A DNA stretch of 64,000 nucleotides from Minisyncoccota bacterium (GTDB lineage: Bacteria; Patescibacteriota; Minisyncoccia; Phycocordibacterales; PALSA-1337): assembly GCA_041663145.1 (NCBI GenBank), contig JBAZRG010000002.1, forward strand, positions 22,384 to 86,383, written 5' to 3'. Position numbers and translations under genes: made by a program. This document shows, piece by piece, positions 1-8,627 of this stretch; position 1 is the stretch's first letter, and every line of letters starts with the position of its first letter. A model generated the notes under the pieces. That model was given only the letters and a program-made list of their open reading frames with translations, was not told the DNA's origin and searched no databases.

Positions 1-270
1 TGTTGCACTACTGAATTTATTACTTTCAAGTCAAACATATATTTAGTTGTTATTGATTTTTTATTAAGTTGTGACTATATCTATTGTATCTCATGGTCAA
101 TATATCATCTAGATATAATATATCATGCGATACCCTCTAAACTAAAATGTCCGCCGGTAGGCGAACTTCTCTAGACATGATGTAGTATACACTATTTTTT
201 GCGTTTGTAAAGTATCTAGCTATTCACCAAGCTCAATAAGTCCAATACCTTTGAATCATTACGTGGTGTG

Positions 271-300
271 TTGACAAGTAGCTATTATGTGCTGTATAAT
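271..300 (+). promoter_or_regulatory. sigma70-like promoter for the DGR target gene: TTGACA (271-276), 18-nt spacer, TATAAT (295-300)
   Basis: Perfect consensus -35 and -10 hexamers read directly in the sequence, about 135 nt upstream of the likely ATG at 437. Confidence 0.5.
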
Positions 301-436
301 TATTAAGGTAGTTCTTTGATATGCCAGTTACGTTCACCATAACAGAAAGCGTCTCAAAACTGAGGCATTTTCCGTTGTGGTGAACTGTAGTAACCACACA
401 TCAACAAAACAACGTATACGAAAGGTAATAACGATT

Positions 437-1123
437 ATGAAATCGATTACACCTGGTCAGATGGAACAGTTTGCTCGTTTTGTGACAGATGCTTCCGGTC
501 CAAGCACGAAGACGGCTCTTGAGCAGCTTCGCGACGACTGGGAATTCAGTCATGAAGGTCTTCAGCGCGCGCTCGGAAAAGGTAATCAGCTCAAATCCCG
601 CCTTATTCCGCTTCTCAAGGCCATGATCAAGGAAATGGCGACTAATATCCAAGGATGCGTGAAGCGCATCCTTGATGGAGAAGAGATCGCCATCGCCAAA
701 ACGAGCGGAAAGGAAAATCTCGCCCATGCCAAGGACGTTTTCACCGGTTGGGTTGATCCCGACTTCGTGAATTACGGCTGTGATGTGGAAGGGGAGCCTA
801 CCGCTCCGACACCTGTAGAGGTGTTCGAGATGGTGGAAAACGGCGACTTCGCGCGGATATTCGGTGGTTTCAATGTCAGCCTCGATCAGCTGCGTCTTTC
901 ACAGCACCAGATCAAGGCTTTCGCAAGGGATCACCGTGATAAGCTCCGCACGGAAGGATACGGGACCTTCTTCCTGTTCAAGGTTGGCGAAGAGTTCTTC
1001 GTTGCGTACGTGCACTTCTACGGCGGCGGGCGGCTCCGGGTCTACGTGCACCGCTTCTCGGACGTCAACGTCTGGGGCGCCGAGCGCCGTCATCGCGTCG
1101 TGCTCCCGAAACTGAACCAGTAG
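437..1123 (+). CDS. DGR target protein; the C-terminal about 40 aa are encoded by the variable repeat
   Basis: ORF 377..1123; the likely true start is the ATG at 437 (MKSITPGQ), which has an upstream AAGG. The gene is GC-richer than its surroundings. Its 3' 119 bp is an adenine-mismatch copy of the downstream template repeat. The fold is not recognisable from sequence; DGR targets are usually C-type-lectin-like. Confidence 0.7.
   Translation: MKSITPGQMEQFARFVTDASGPSTKTALEQLRDDWEFSHEGLQRALGKGNQLKSRLIPLLKAMIKEMATNIQGCVKRILDGEEIAIAKTSGKENLAHAKDVFTGWVDPDFVNYGCDVEGEPTAPTPVEVFEMVENGDFARIFGGFNVSLDQLRLSQHQIKAFARDHRDKLRTEGYGTFFLFKVGEEFFVAYVHFYGGGRLRVYVHRFSDVNVWGAERRHRVVLPKLNQ
996..1114 (+). repeat. 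DGR variable repeat (VR)
   Basis: 119 nt aligned without gaps to 1482-1600. There are 18 mismatches, every one at a position where the TR has A (VR has T, C or G). There are no mismatches at TR C, G or T positions. Confidence 0.9.
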
Positions 1124-1481
1124 GTTCACCTACTGGGTGGCACTTGCAAATTAGCCTTGAGCCTTTGGCTCTCAGTCCCTCTGATCCTTGTCAAAATTTA
1201 TTTTGGCAAATCAGGGGGATTTTTTGATTGAGCACAATCACCTACTGGGTTATACTGGAATGGCACGCATGAACGTACGGTGGCTATGGCTCCTGTGCCA
1301 CGCTTGTGAAGAAATACGTTCGGGAGTTCTGCTGGATATGTCTTGCAGAAGAGTGGATGTATTATTATCTAAACAAAAAATAATCAGTTGGTGTAGCGAA
1401 CTGGAGGACTTCAAGGTCCCGAATACTATTCAATTTGTCCTGATTGGGCGGGTGGTGTACTGGATGGTCCGCTACACATTA

Positions 1482-1600
1482 TCTTCGTTGCGAACGTGAA
1501 CTTCAACGACGACGGGCAGCTCAAGGTCAACGTGAACCGCTTCTCGAACGACAACGTCTGGAACGCCGAGAACCGTCATCGCATCGTGATCCCGAAACTG
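1482..1600 (+). repeat. DGR template repeat (TR)
   Basis: Invariant partner of the VR. Read in the VR frame it is rich in AAC codons (aac ttc aac gac gac ... aac gtg aac ... aac gac aac ... aac gcc gag aac), the classic DGR design that allows diversification without stop codons. The six-frame ORF 1496..1765 is this TR read in frame and is not a gene. Confidence 0.9.
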
Positions 1601-1615
1601 CAATTTCTCTCATCA

Positions 1616-1984
1616 TTATTTGGTGAGAGTTTTGTTGAGTGTCGATTTAGCAGACGGACTTTGAAGGCCTTTGCGCCATCCACCAAGCATCCGTCCTATT
1701 TCTTCGAGCTTTTCCGAGAGTTCTGTATATTTGTCAGTCGGCATGAGCTTGCTCTCCCATGCTAGTTGATAAAAGAATTTAAGAGTATCTACCTTCGTTA
1801 TTGTTCGACCAAGCATTACCGTTTTGGTTTCTGGTGGTAGATATATGCAAGAAAAACTAAATTCCAAAGTATCTAAGAATAAATCCTCGATCTTTTGCCC
1901 GATGCCGAGTCGTTCGACCCTCGGAAAGTTCCTATGAATAGTTAACCAAAACTGATATGCTTCTTTTTCCTTTAAAATTACCAC
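1616..1984 (-). CDS. avd: DGR accessory variability determinant (Avd), a four-helix-bundle protein
   Basis: 122 aa. The C-terminal ...LSEKLEEIGRMLGGWRKGLQ matches the Avd-type EVGRILGSWI ending, and the N-terminal EAYQFWLTIHRNFPRVERLG matches the Avd/23S-IVS-protein helix 1. It lies between the TR and the RT, but on the opposite strand. Confidence 0.7.
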   Translation of the reverse strand: MVILKEKEAYQFWLTIHRNFPRVERLGIGQKIEDLFLDTLEFSFSCIYLPPETKTVMLGRTITKVDTLKFFYQLAWESKLMPTDKYTELSEKLEEIGRMLGGWRKGLQSPSAKSTLNKTLTK

Positions 1985-2024
1985 TGGAGAATTGCGGGGG
2001 GGGGGTCGTTATAGTCATTTTATT

Positions 2025-3021
2025 TATGAAAAATAATGGGGTTTCGTACAACCATATCATATCTCTTAAAAATATCCACGAAGCGTGGCGCGAATTTGTC
2101 TCGGGCAAAAAATACAAAAAAGATGTCGCTGAATTTCTGCTCAGACTTTCGGAGAATACATATAAACTCCACACTGATCTGAAAAATAAAATATATGTTC
2201 ATGGACCGTACGAAGCGTTTGCTGTTAATGATCCAAAACCGCGCAGCATCCATAAAGCAAGCGTGCGGGACCGCTTACTCCACCACGCCCTCTATCGACA
2301 ACTCTACCCGTACTTTGATCAGAAGTTTATTCATGATTCCTATTCTTGCCGTGATTTTAAGGGAACACATCGGGCATTGGACCGTTTTATGCAATTTGCC
2401 CGCAAGGTTTCGAAGAGCAATAAACGCACCTGCTGGGTGTTGAAATGTGACATACGCAAATTCTTTGCTTCAGTTGACCATTCAGTCCTCATGGCAATAC
2501 TTAAAAAGCATGTCTCTGATTCTGATATTATCCGCCTTGTTGGTGGGGTAGTGGAGAGTTTTAAAAGTACTGGTCCAGGAAAGGGATTGCCGCTCGGTAA
2601 TCTCACGTCACAACTCCTTGTAAATGTTTATATGAATGAGTTTGACCAATATGTAAAGCATGTCCTCAAACAGGAGTTCTATATCCGTTACGCTGATGAT
2701 TTTGTGATTATGCATCACGATCGCAAGGCTTTGCTCGAGGTATTGCCGAAGATTGAAACCTTTCTTGAATCAATTCTTAAACTACAGCTTCATCCTGATA
2801 AGGTTTCTATCGAGACAGTTTCATCCGGTGTTGATTTTCTTGGTTGGGTGCATTTTCCGACTCATCGTGTACTTAGGACAAAGACAAAGAAGAGAATGTT
2901 TACAAGAATTGAAGATTCACAAGGAAAGGAAGAAGTAGTATGTTCATATCTCGGTATGTTAAAGCATGGGAATTGCAAAAAATTGAAGTGCAGGGTCATG
3001 AAATTGACAATCACAATCTAA
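2025..3021 (+). CDS. DGR reverse transcriptase
   Basis: RT motifs are present: RSIHKASVRDRLLHHAL (motifs 1-2), the DGR-specific GLPLGNLTSQLLVNVYMNEFD (motif 4 I/LGNxxSQ), and YADD in YIRYADDFVIMH (motif 5). The size of about 330 aa is typical of a DGR RT. The start is taken at ATG 2025 (MKNNGVSYNHI...); the six-frame ORF extends upstream to 1957. Confidence 0.9.
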
Positions 3022-3030
3022 TTTATCGTA

Positions 3031-3185
3031 GGAGCTTGGTGAATATTGTGTATTTGCTCCTCGCAATGCGATTTGAACCCCGAACAAATTGCCCATATTA
3101 GAGTAGCTCCGTCTACTCTAATATGGTTGCAATTTGGAGTGGGTGACCTTGCGAGGAGCAAATACACAATATTCACCAAGCTCCT
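3031..3185. repeat. Element A copy 1: a 36-bp outer inverted repeat enclosing a conserved ~85-nt core with an internal 14-bp hairpin
   Basis: The arm 3031-3066 (ggagcttggtgaatattgtgtatttgctcctcgcaa) is the reverse complement of 3150-3185. The core tgcgatttgaaccccgaacaaattgcccatattagagtagctccgtctactctaatatggttgcaatttggagtgggtgacc is nearly identical to the core at 44100-44190. Confidence 0.7.
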
Positions 3186-3237
3186 GTAGACTCTATGCAC
3201 AGTGACTCGCGCTTGAATTAGCGATACAATTGACTCA

Positions 3238-4986
3238 ATGTTCGTCGAAGATGCCCAGCTCTATAAATTCATACTCGACTCCGGATTGGTGACAAAGGAG
3301 GAGCTTGAGGATGCAAAAAAAGAGAGTGAAAAAACTAATAAAAGACTTGGCGATATTTTGGTTAGTGCCGGCAAGATAAATGCCGACAATCTACGTCGCA
3401 TGCAAGCATATGTTCTCGGTATTCCTTTTGTCGATCTGAAAAACAAAAAGATCCCTTTTGAAACTCTGTCACAAATACCGGAACCGATCGCGAGAGGGCA
3501 CAATATCGTGGCTTTCAAAAAGACCGAGGTTTCTCTCGAGGTCGCCATGCTCGACGTCAACGATCTTTCGGCTATCGATTTTATAAAGAAAAAAGTAAAT
3601 CTCAAGATATTACCTCGTCTCACAGATACTGATTCGATCAAGGAGGTTCTCGTTCAATACCAAAAAAGCTTGAAGGCCGAGTTCGGAGATATCATCCAAA
3701 AAGAAACCGCGACGATGAATATGATCTCGGAAGAAAGCGGTGAAGCTATATCCGAAGCTGATTTGAAAAAGATCGCCGAAGATCTGCCGGTAGTTCGCAT
3801 TGTCGATACCTTGATTAAACATGCAATATTGCAAAATGCTTCAGATATCCATATAGAGCCGATGGAGGAACAGGTATTGGTGAGATATCGCATAGACGGC
3901 TTGTTGCACGATGCCATGGTCCTTCCAAAACAGGCAGGTCCTTCGGTCACTGCCCGTATAAAGGTCTTGTCGAATTTGAAACTTGATGAAAAACGTTTGC
4001 CACAAGACGGTCGTTTCAAAGTAGATATAAATAATGAGAAAGTTTCTTTTCGTGTATCGATATTGCCGACTTATTACGGGGAAAAGACCGTTATGCGTCT
4101 GTTACGAGAGAGCATTTCTGGTTTTACTCTAGAATATCTGACATTTCACGGTGAGAGTCTCGAACGTATTCACAAAGCACTTACAAAATCCACAGGCATG
4201 ATCCTCACAACCGGTCCTACTGGATCCGGAAAGACGACGACTCTATATACGATGCTCGACATATTGAACACTCCTGATGTAAATATTTCGACTATTGAAG
4301 ATCCTATCGAATATCAGATGGCTAGAATAAATCAGACTCAGGTCAAACCAGAGATCGGTTTCTCTTTTGCTCAAGGCATACGCACACTCGTTCGTCAGGA
4401 TCCGGATATTATCATGGTTGGTGAGATCCGAGACAATGAAACAGCCGCTTTGGCGGTGAATGCCGCTTTGACTGGCCACTTGGTTTTGTCGACACTCCAC
4501 ACAAATTCCGCCGCCGGTGCTATACCACGACTTTTGGATATGAAAGTAGAATCATTTTTGCTCGTATCTATACTAGACATCGTGATCGGTCAGCGACTGG
4601 TGCGCAGACTGACTGAAGCCAAATCACAATACAAATTGACCAAGGATGAACTGGCTGAGCTAGGTCGTCTGGTGGATTTGGAACGAGTCCTTGAAACTTT
4701 GAAGGCTGAAAAAATAGTAAAACCTAGCGATTCGTGGGAGAAGATATCTTTTTGGAAACCTGTACCGGGTGGAGATGATGATGGGTTCAAGGGTCGCATC
4801 GGTATTCACGAAGTATTGAAGATGACTCCTTCCATGAAGGATCTCATAATGAAAGATGCTAGTTCGGACGGTCTAGAAGCACAAGCTAGAAAAGAGGGAA
4901 TGTTGACCATGTTAGAAGATGGGATATTCAAATGCGTTCAAGGTTTGACGACTATTGAGGAAGTTCTTCGAGTTATTTCGGAATAA
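3238..4986 (+). CDS. pilB: Type IV pilus assembly / type II secretion ATPase (PilB/GspE family)
   Basis: 582 aa with Walker A GPTGSGKTTTLY. The GspE-family N-terminal domain and the C-terminal Zn-finger region are consistent with this family. Confidence 0.85.
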   Translation: MFVEDAQLYKFILDSGLVTKEELEDAKKESEKTNKRLGDILVSAGKINADNLRRMQAYVLGIPFVDLKNKKIPFETLSQIPEPIARGHNIVAFKKTEVSLEVAMLDVNDLSAIDFIKKKVNLKILPRLTDTDSIKEVLVQYQKSLKAEFGDIIQKETATMNMISEESGEAISEADLKKIAEDLPVVRIVDTLIKHAILQNASDIHIEPMEEQVLVRYRIDGLLHDAMVLPKQAGPSVTARIKVLSNLKLDEKRLPQDGRFKVDINNEKVSFRVSILPTYYGEKTVMRLLRESISGFTLEYLTFHGESLERIHKALTKSTGMILTTGPTGSGKTTTLYTMLDILNTPDVNISTIEDPIEYQMARINQTQVKPEIGFSFAQGIRTLVRQDPDIIMVGEIRDNETAALAVNAALTGHLVLSTLHTNSAAGAIPRLLDMKVESFLLVSILDIVIGQRLVRRLTEAKSQYKLTKDELAELGRLVDLERVLETLKAEKIVKPSDSWEKISFWKPVPGGDDDGFKGRIGIHEVLKMTPSMKDLIMKDASSDGLEAQARKEGMLTMLEDGIFKCVQGLTTIEEVLRVISE

Positions 4987-5020
4987 TATTTTTCTTTTTA
5001 AATAATCATTACACAACGTC

Positions 5021-6241
5021 ATGCCTCATTTCACTTTCAAAGCAAAAAGACCTTCGGGCGAGATTTATAGCTCGGAAAAAGACGTGAATGATCGATACGA
5101 ACTGTATAAATTGCTTCGTGAGACCGGTGATGAAGTCGTTGAATTTAAAGAAAAGAAATCAAGAGGGGGTATAAATATGGAAATATCATTGGGACGTATT
5201 ACGGACCATGTCAAAACTATTGAAAAGATAAACTTTGCCCGCAATCTAGGCTCGATGTTGCAGGCCGGACTTTCGCTATCCCGTGCTTTGCAGGTCTTGG
5301 AGCGACAGACTCGAAACAAAAAATTCAAAAAAATCTTGGCTCAATTGATCGACGAGATCGATAAAGGTACAACATTTTCTGACGCTTTAGCTAAACATCC
5401 ACGAGTATTTCCTCAATTATTCGTCTCTATGGTCAATTCGGGAGAACAATCTGGCACATTATCCGAATCACTCAGAGTTGTCGCAACTCAAATGGACAGC
5501 AGTTATTCACTAGAGAAGCGTGTCCGTGGTGCACTCATGTATCCGGCGGTCATTGTGACGGCTATGGTTGGCATTGCGATTTTGATGTTCATATTCGTAG
5601 TACCGACTTTGATGAAGACATTTACGGATCTCAATGTTGAATTGCCGTTTGCGACACGTCTGGTGCTCGGTATATCAAATATAATTCAAAATCAAGGTTT
5701 TTTGGTTCTGATCATAATACTTATTATCACATCCGGATTGTACTGGTGGACGCGAAAATCAACAGGTCAAAAAATATTGCACCGTATTTTGTTGAAGTTA
5801 CCGGTGATAGGCGAACTTGTTCAAGAGGTTAATACTGCCAGAACCGCTCGCACCATGTCATCACTGCTAACTTCTGGTGTCGATGTTGTAGAATCGGTAA
5901 CAATAACATCGGCTGTCGTCCAAAATGTTCATTTTCGAAGAGTATTGGTTGAAGTTGCTGAATCTATAAAGAAAGGTGAATCGATGTCCAAGGTTTTTTC
6001 GGAAAATATCAATCTTTACCCCGTATTCTTCTCTGAAATGATAAATGTTGGAGAAGAGACTGGAAAAACAGGGGAGATGCTCTTGGGAGTGGCACATTAT
6101 TACGAAGATGATGTATCCCAAAGAACCAAAGACATGTCTACCATCATTGAACCGATACTGATATTAATGATCGGAGCGGCTGTAGGAGTGTTCGCTCTGT
6201 CGATGATTCAGCCAATGTATTCATTGGTAAATGTTATCTGA
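5021..6241 (+). CDS. pilC: Type IV pilus inner-membrane platform protein (PilC/GspF family)
   Basis: 406 aa polytopic membrane protein with duplicated GspF-type domains. It lies directly downstream of pilB. Confidence 0.8.
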   Translation: MPHFTFKAKRPSGEIYSSEKDVNDRYELYKLLRETGDEVVEFKEKKSRGGINMEISLGRITDHVKTIEKINFARNLGSMLQAGLSLSRALQVLERQTRNKKFKKILAQLIDEIDKGTTFSDALAKHPRVFPQLFVSMVNSGEQSGTLSESLRVVATQMDSSYSLEKRVRGALMYPAVIVTAMVGIAILMFIFVVPTLMKTFTDLNVELPFATRLVLGISNIIQNQGFLVLIIILIITSGLYWWTRKSTGQKILHRILLKLPVIGELVQEVNTARTARTMSSLLTSGVDVVESVTITSAVVQNVHFRRVLVEVAESIKKGESMSKVFSENINLYPVFFSEMINVGEETGKTGEMLLGVAHYYEDDVSQRTKDMSTIIEPILILMIGAAVGVFALSMIQPMYSLVNVI

Positions 6242-8019
6242 TGGAATCCAATACAATGCATCCAAAAAAATCCAACGGTTTTTCTCTGGTGGAAGTTCTG
6301 GTGGGAACAGCTATTTTCCTGATAGTTGCAATATCAGCATATGGGATCTTTGCCAATGTTTTTCGCTTGGCTAATGGCAATCAGGCCAGAATGTTGGCTA
6401 TACAGTTGGCAGATGAACAATTTGAGATCGTTAGAAACATGCCATATCTATCAGTTGGTTTGACCAACGGTATTCCGCTCGGAATTTTGCCACAAAATCA
6501 GACTCTAGTACGCGGTAACGTGACATTTGATGTCGGCATGACTATTCGTAATGTCAATTTCTCCACGACAAGCTATCAGGCCAGTAGTAAATTGGTTGAA
6601 ATCACCGTAACATGCTCAACATGTCAAAATTTCAATCCGGTTACTTTAACAGGGCAAATATCTCCAGCAAATCTTCAATCAGCTGGAGATGGGGGGGCGA
6701 TAGTGGTTCAGGTTTTTGATGCCAATGGTCAGCCAGTCGTCGGTGCCGAGGTGGTTATTCAAAGTGTATCTACATCCACCATTACAAATACAGATGTTAC
6801 GAATAATAACGGTATTCTAAATGTTATCGGAGTGCCACCTGGAAATAATGCTTATAGAATAACTGTAAGCAAAGCTGGTTATTCGACGGAGCGAACATAT
6901 TCGATCGGAGGTGCAGGCAATCCAAACCCGATAAAACCGGATGCGACGGTGCTCAATCAACAGGTTACGCAAGTCAGTTTTGCAATAGATAAATTGAGCA
7001 CATTACATTTTTCCAGTGTCGGACCATTATGCAACGTTATTCCAAACGTGGAGTTTAATCTGTCTGGCGCAAAGCAAATCGGTGCGGATATTCCCAAATA
7101 TTCAGAAGCTTTGTCAACTGATACAAATGGCACATTGACTTTGAATTCCATGGAATGGGATACATATACACTTTTACCGACTGAAGCATCATATGATATT
7201 TACGGTATCAATCCTATTAGTCCATTTGCTCTAAATCCTGACAATATACAGGAAGTTCAATTGGTCGGTATTCCTTCCTCAGGTAATAGTCTCATGGTTA
7301 CGGTCGTAGACAGTGCCCTTCAATTGCCTATATCTGGAGTCGAAGTAAATCTTTCAAAAACTGGATATGATGTTACAAAGATCACTGGTCAAGGTTATAT
7401 GAATCAGACTGATTGGTCAGCTGGAAGTGGGCAGATCTTATTTACTGATCCGACCAAATATTATTCTGATAATGGTCTAGTCGATACGTCAACATCGACT
7501 GGAGATATATTGTTGGATCAGGCTTTTGGTCTATATAATATAAATTCCACAGGCACACTAGAATCTTCCACTTTTGATACAGGTACGACAAGTAATTTTT
7601 ATACATTTTCTTGGAATCCTTCCAGTCAGCCATCTTTAGCTGGAGTGGAAAGCGTGAAATTCCAATTTGCTTCAAATGACACATCGACTTCTACTAGTTG
7701 GGACTATAAAGGTCCAGATGGTACATCGAGCTCATTCTTTACCGTACCGGGTTCATCTATAAATAATAATCAGAACGGTAAACAATTCGTCAGATACAAA
7801 GCTTATTTATCGACTGAGGTGGCAACAGTGACGCCAATGGTCTCTGATGTATCGTTTGCATATACTTCTGGTTGTATACCACCTGGACAGGTATTATTCC
7901 AGAATCTTTCTGGTACATATACTTTGACTGTCGAAAAAGCTGGATATATCACAGTGAGTGGCAGTATAGATATCGGTTCTGATTGGCAACAAAAAAAGGT
8001 TTTACTTGAATTACAATGA
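6241..8019 (+). CDS. Large pilin/pseudopilin-like protein with a prepilin-type N-terminal cleavage/methylation signal
   Basis: The N-terminus ...KSNGFSLVEVLVGTAIFLIV fits G|F-S-L-V-E with Glu at +5. It has a long Ser/Thr/Asn-rich extracellular region and is translationally coupled to pilC. Confidence 0.7.
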   Translation: MESNTMHPKKSNGFSLVEVLVGTAIFLIVAISAYGIFANVFRLANGNQARMLAIQLADEQFEIVRNMPYLSVGLTNGIPLGILPQNQTLVRGNVTFDVGMTIRNVNFSTTSYQASSKLVEITVTCSTCQNFNPVTLTGQISPANLQSAGDGGAIVVQVFDANGQPVVGAEVVIQSVSTSTITNTDVTNNNGILNVIGVPPGNNAYRITVSKAGYSTERTYSIGGAGNPNPIKPDATVLNQQVTQVSFAIDKLSTLHFSSVGPLCNVIPNVEFNLSGAKQIGADIPKYSEALSTDTNGTLTLNSMEWDTYTLLPTEASYDIYGINPISPFALNPDNIQEVQLVGIPSSGNSLMVTVVDSALQLPISGVEVNLSKTGYDVTKITGQGYMNQTDWSAGSGQILFTDPTKYYSDNGLVDTSTSTGDILLDQAFGLYNINSTGTLESSTFDTGTTSNFYTFSWNPSSQPSLAGVESVKFQFASNDTSTSTSWDYKGPDGTSSSFFTVPGSSINNNQNGKQFVRYKAYLSTEVATVTPMVSDVSFAYTSGCIPPGQVLFQNLSGTYTLTVEKAGYITVSGSIDIGSDWQQKKVLLELQ

Positions 8020-8627
8020 TGAATAAATCCATTTATAACAAAGGTATGACTCTAGTCGAAATATTGGTTGCCATAGCGATTTTTCTTGTTGTCCTTGGAG
8101 CTTTGATGTTATTTTTTAAGAATATTTTCTCATACAGGACAGTTATTTCTGGTTCTTATGAGACTACTCAGCAGGCCCAAGCTATCTTGAAAACAATGTT
8201 GACCGAGATAAGACAGATGTCACCTGGAGCCAATGGTGCCTATGCTCTGGCCTTATCTGGAACAAGCACTATAGCCTTTTATTCTGATTCCAACGCTGAT
8301 GGCGTAAAAGAAAAGATCACTTATGAACGTGTCGGTACAGATCTATATCGAAGGCAAATCATACCATCCGGTTCTACTTATAATCCTGCAAGTCAAACAT
8401 CAAGTATTATCGTTCGGAGCGTGCGAAATGAAAATACCTCTCCTATCTTTGAATATTTTAATGAGTATTATAATGGTACAAGTTCACCACTCGTCCAACC
8501 AGTCACTACGACTCAAGTCCGACTTGTGAAGATCAATCTCCGATTGGATATCGATCCGAACCTGTCTCCCGTGCCGGTTATGTTCACTACACAGACAAGT
8601 ATTAGAAATATCAAAACCAATTTATGA
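8016..8627 (+). CDS. Minor pilin-like protein (prepilin N-terminal motif)
   Basis: The N-terminus ...NKGMTLVEILVAIAIFLVV fits the prepilin signal. Its start overlaps the stop of the upstream gene. Confidence 0.7.
   Translation: MMNKSIYNKGMTLVEILVAIAIFLVVLGALMLFFKNIFSYRTVISGSYETTQQAQAILKTMLTEIRQMSPGANGAYALALSGTSTIAFYSDSNADGVKEKITYERVGTDLYRRQIIPSGSTYNPASQTSSIIVRSVRNENTSPIFEYFNEYYNGTSSPLVQPVTTTQVRLVKINLRLDIDPNLSPVPVMFTTQTSIRNIKTNL

Noticed and set aside
864-1129. Overlapping ORFs (864..1115 +, 899..1129 -) inside the DGR target gene
   Set aside because: These are alternate-frame and antisense ORFs produced by the GC-rich VR region. The long frame 437..1123 is the coding one.
1188-1499. 103-aa ORF between the VR and the TR
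   Set aside because: It is Cys/Trp-rich with no RBS and overlaps the TR start. This is more likely the non-coding DGR spacer/template RNA region. Avd is better explained by the minus-strand ORF 1616..1984.
1496-1765. 89-aa ORF encoding MNFNDDGQLKVNVNRFSNDNVWNAENRHRIVIPKL...
   Set aside because: It is the DGR template repeat read in the VR frame. It lacks an RBS and its similarity to the target C-terminus is explained by the TR/VR relationship, so it is not a gene.
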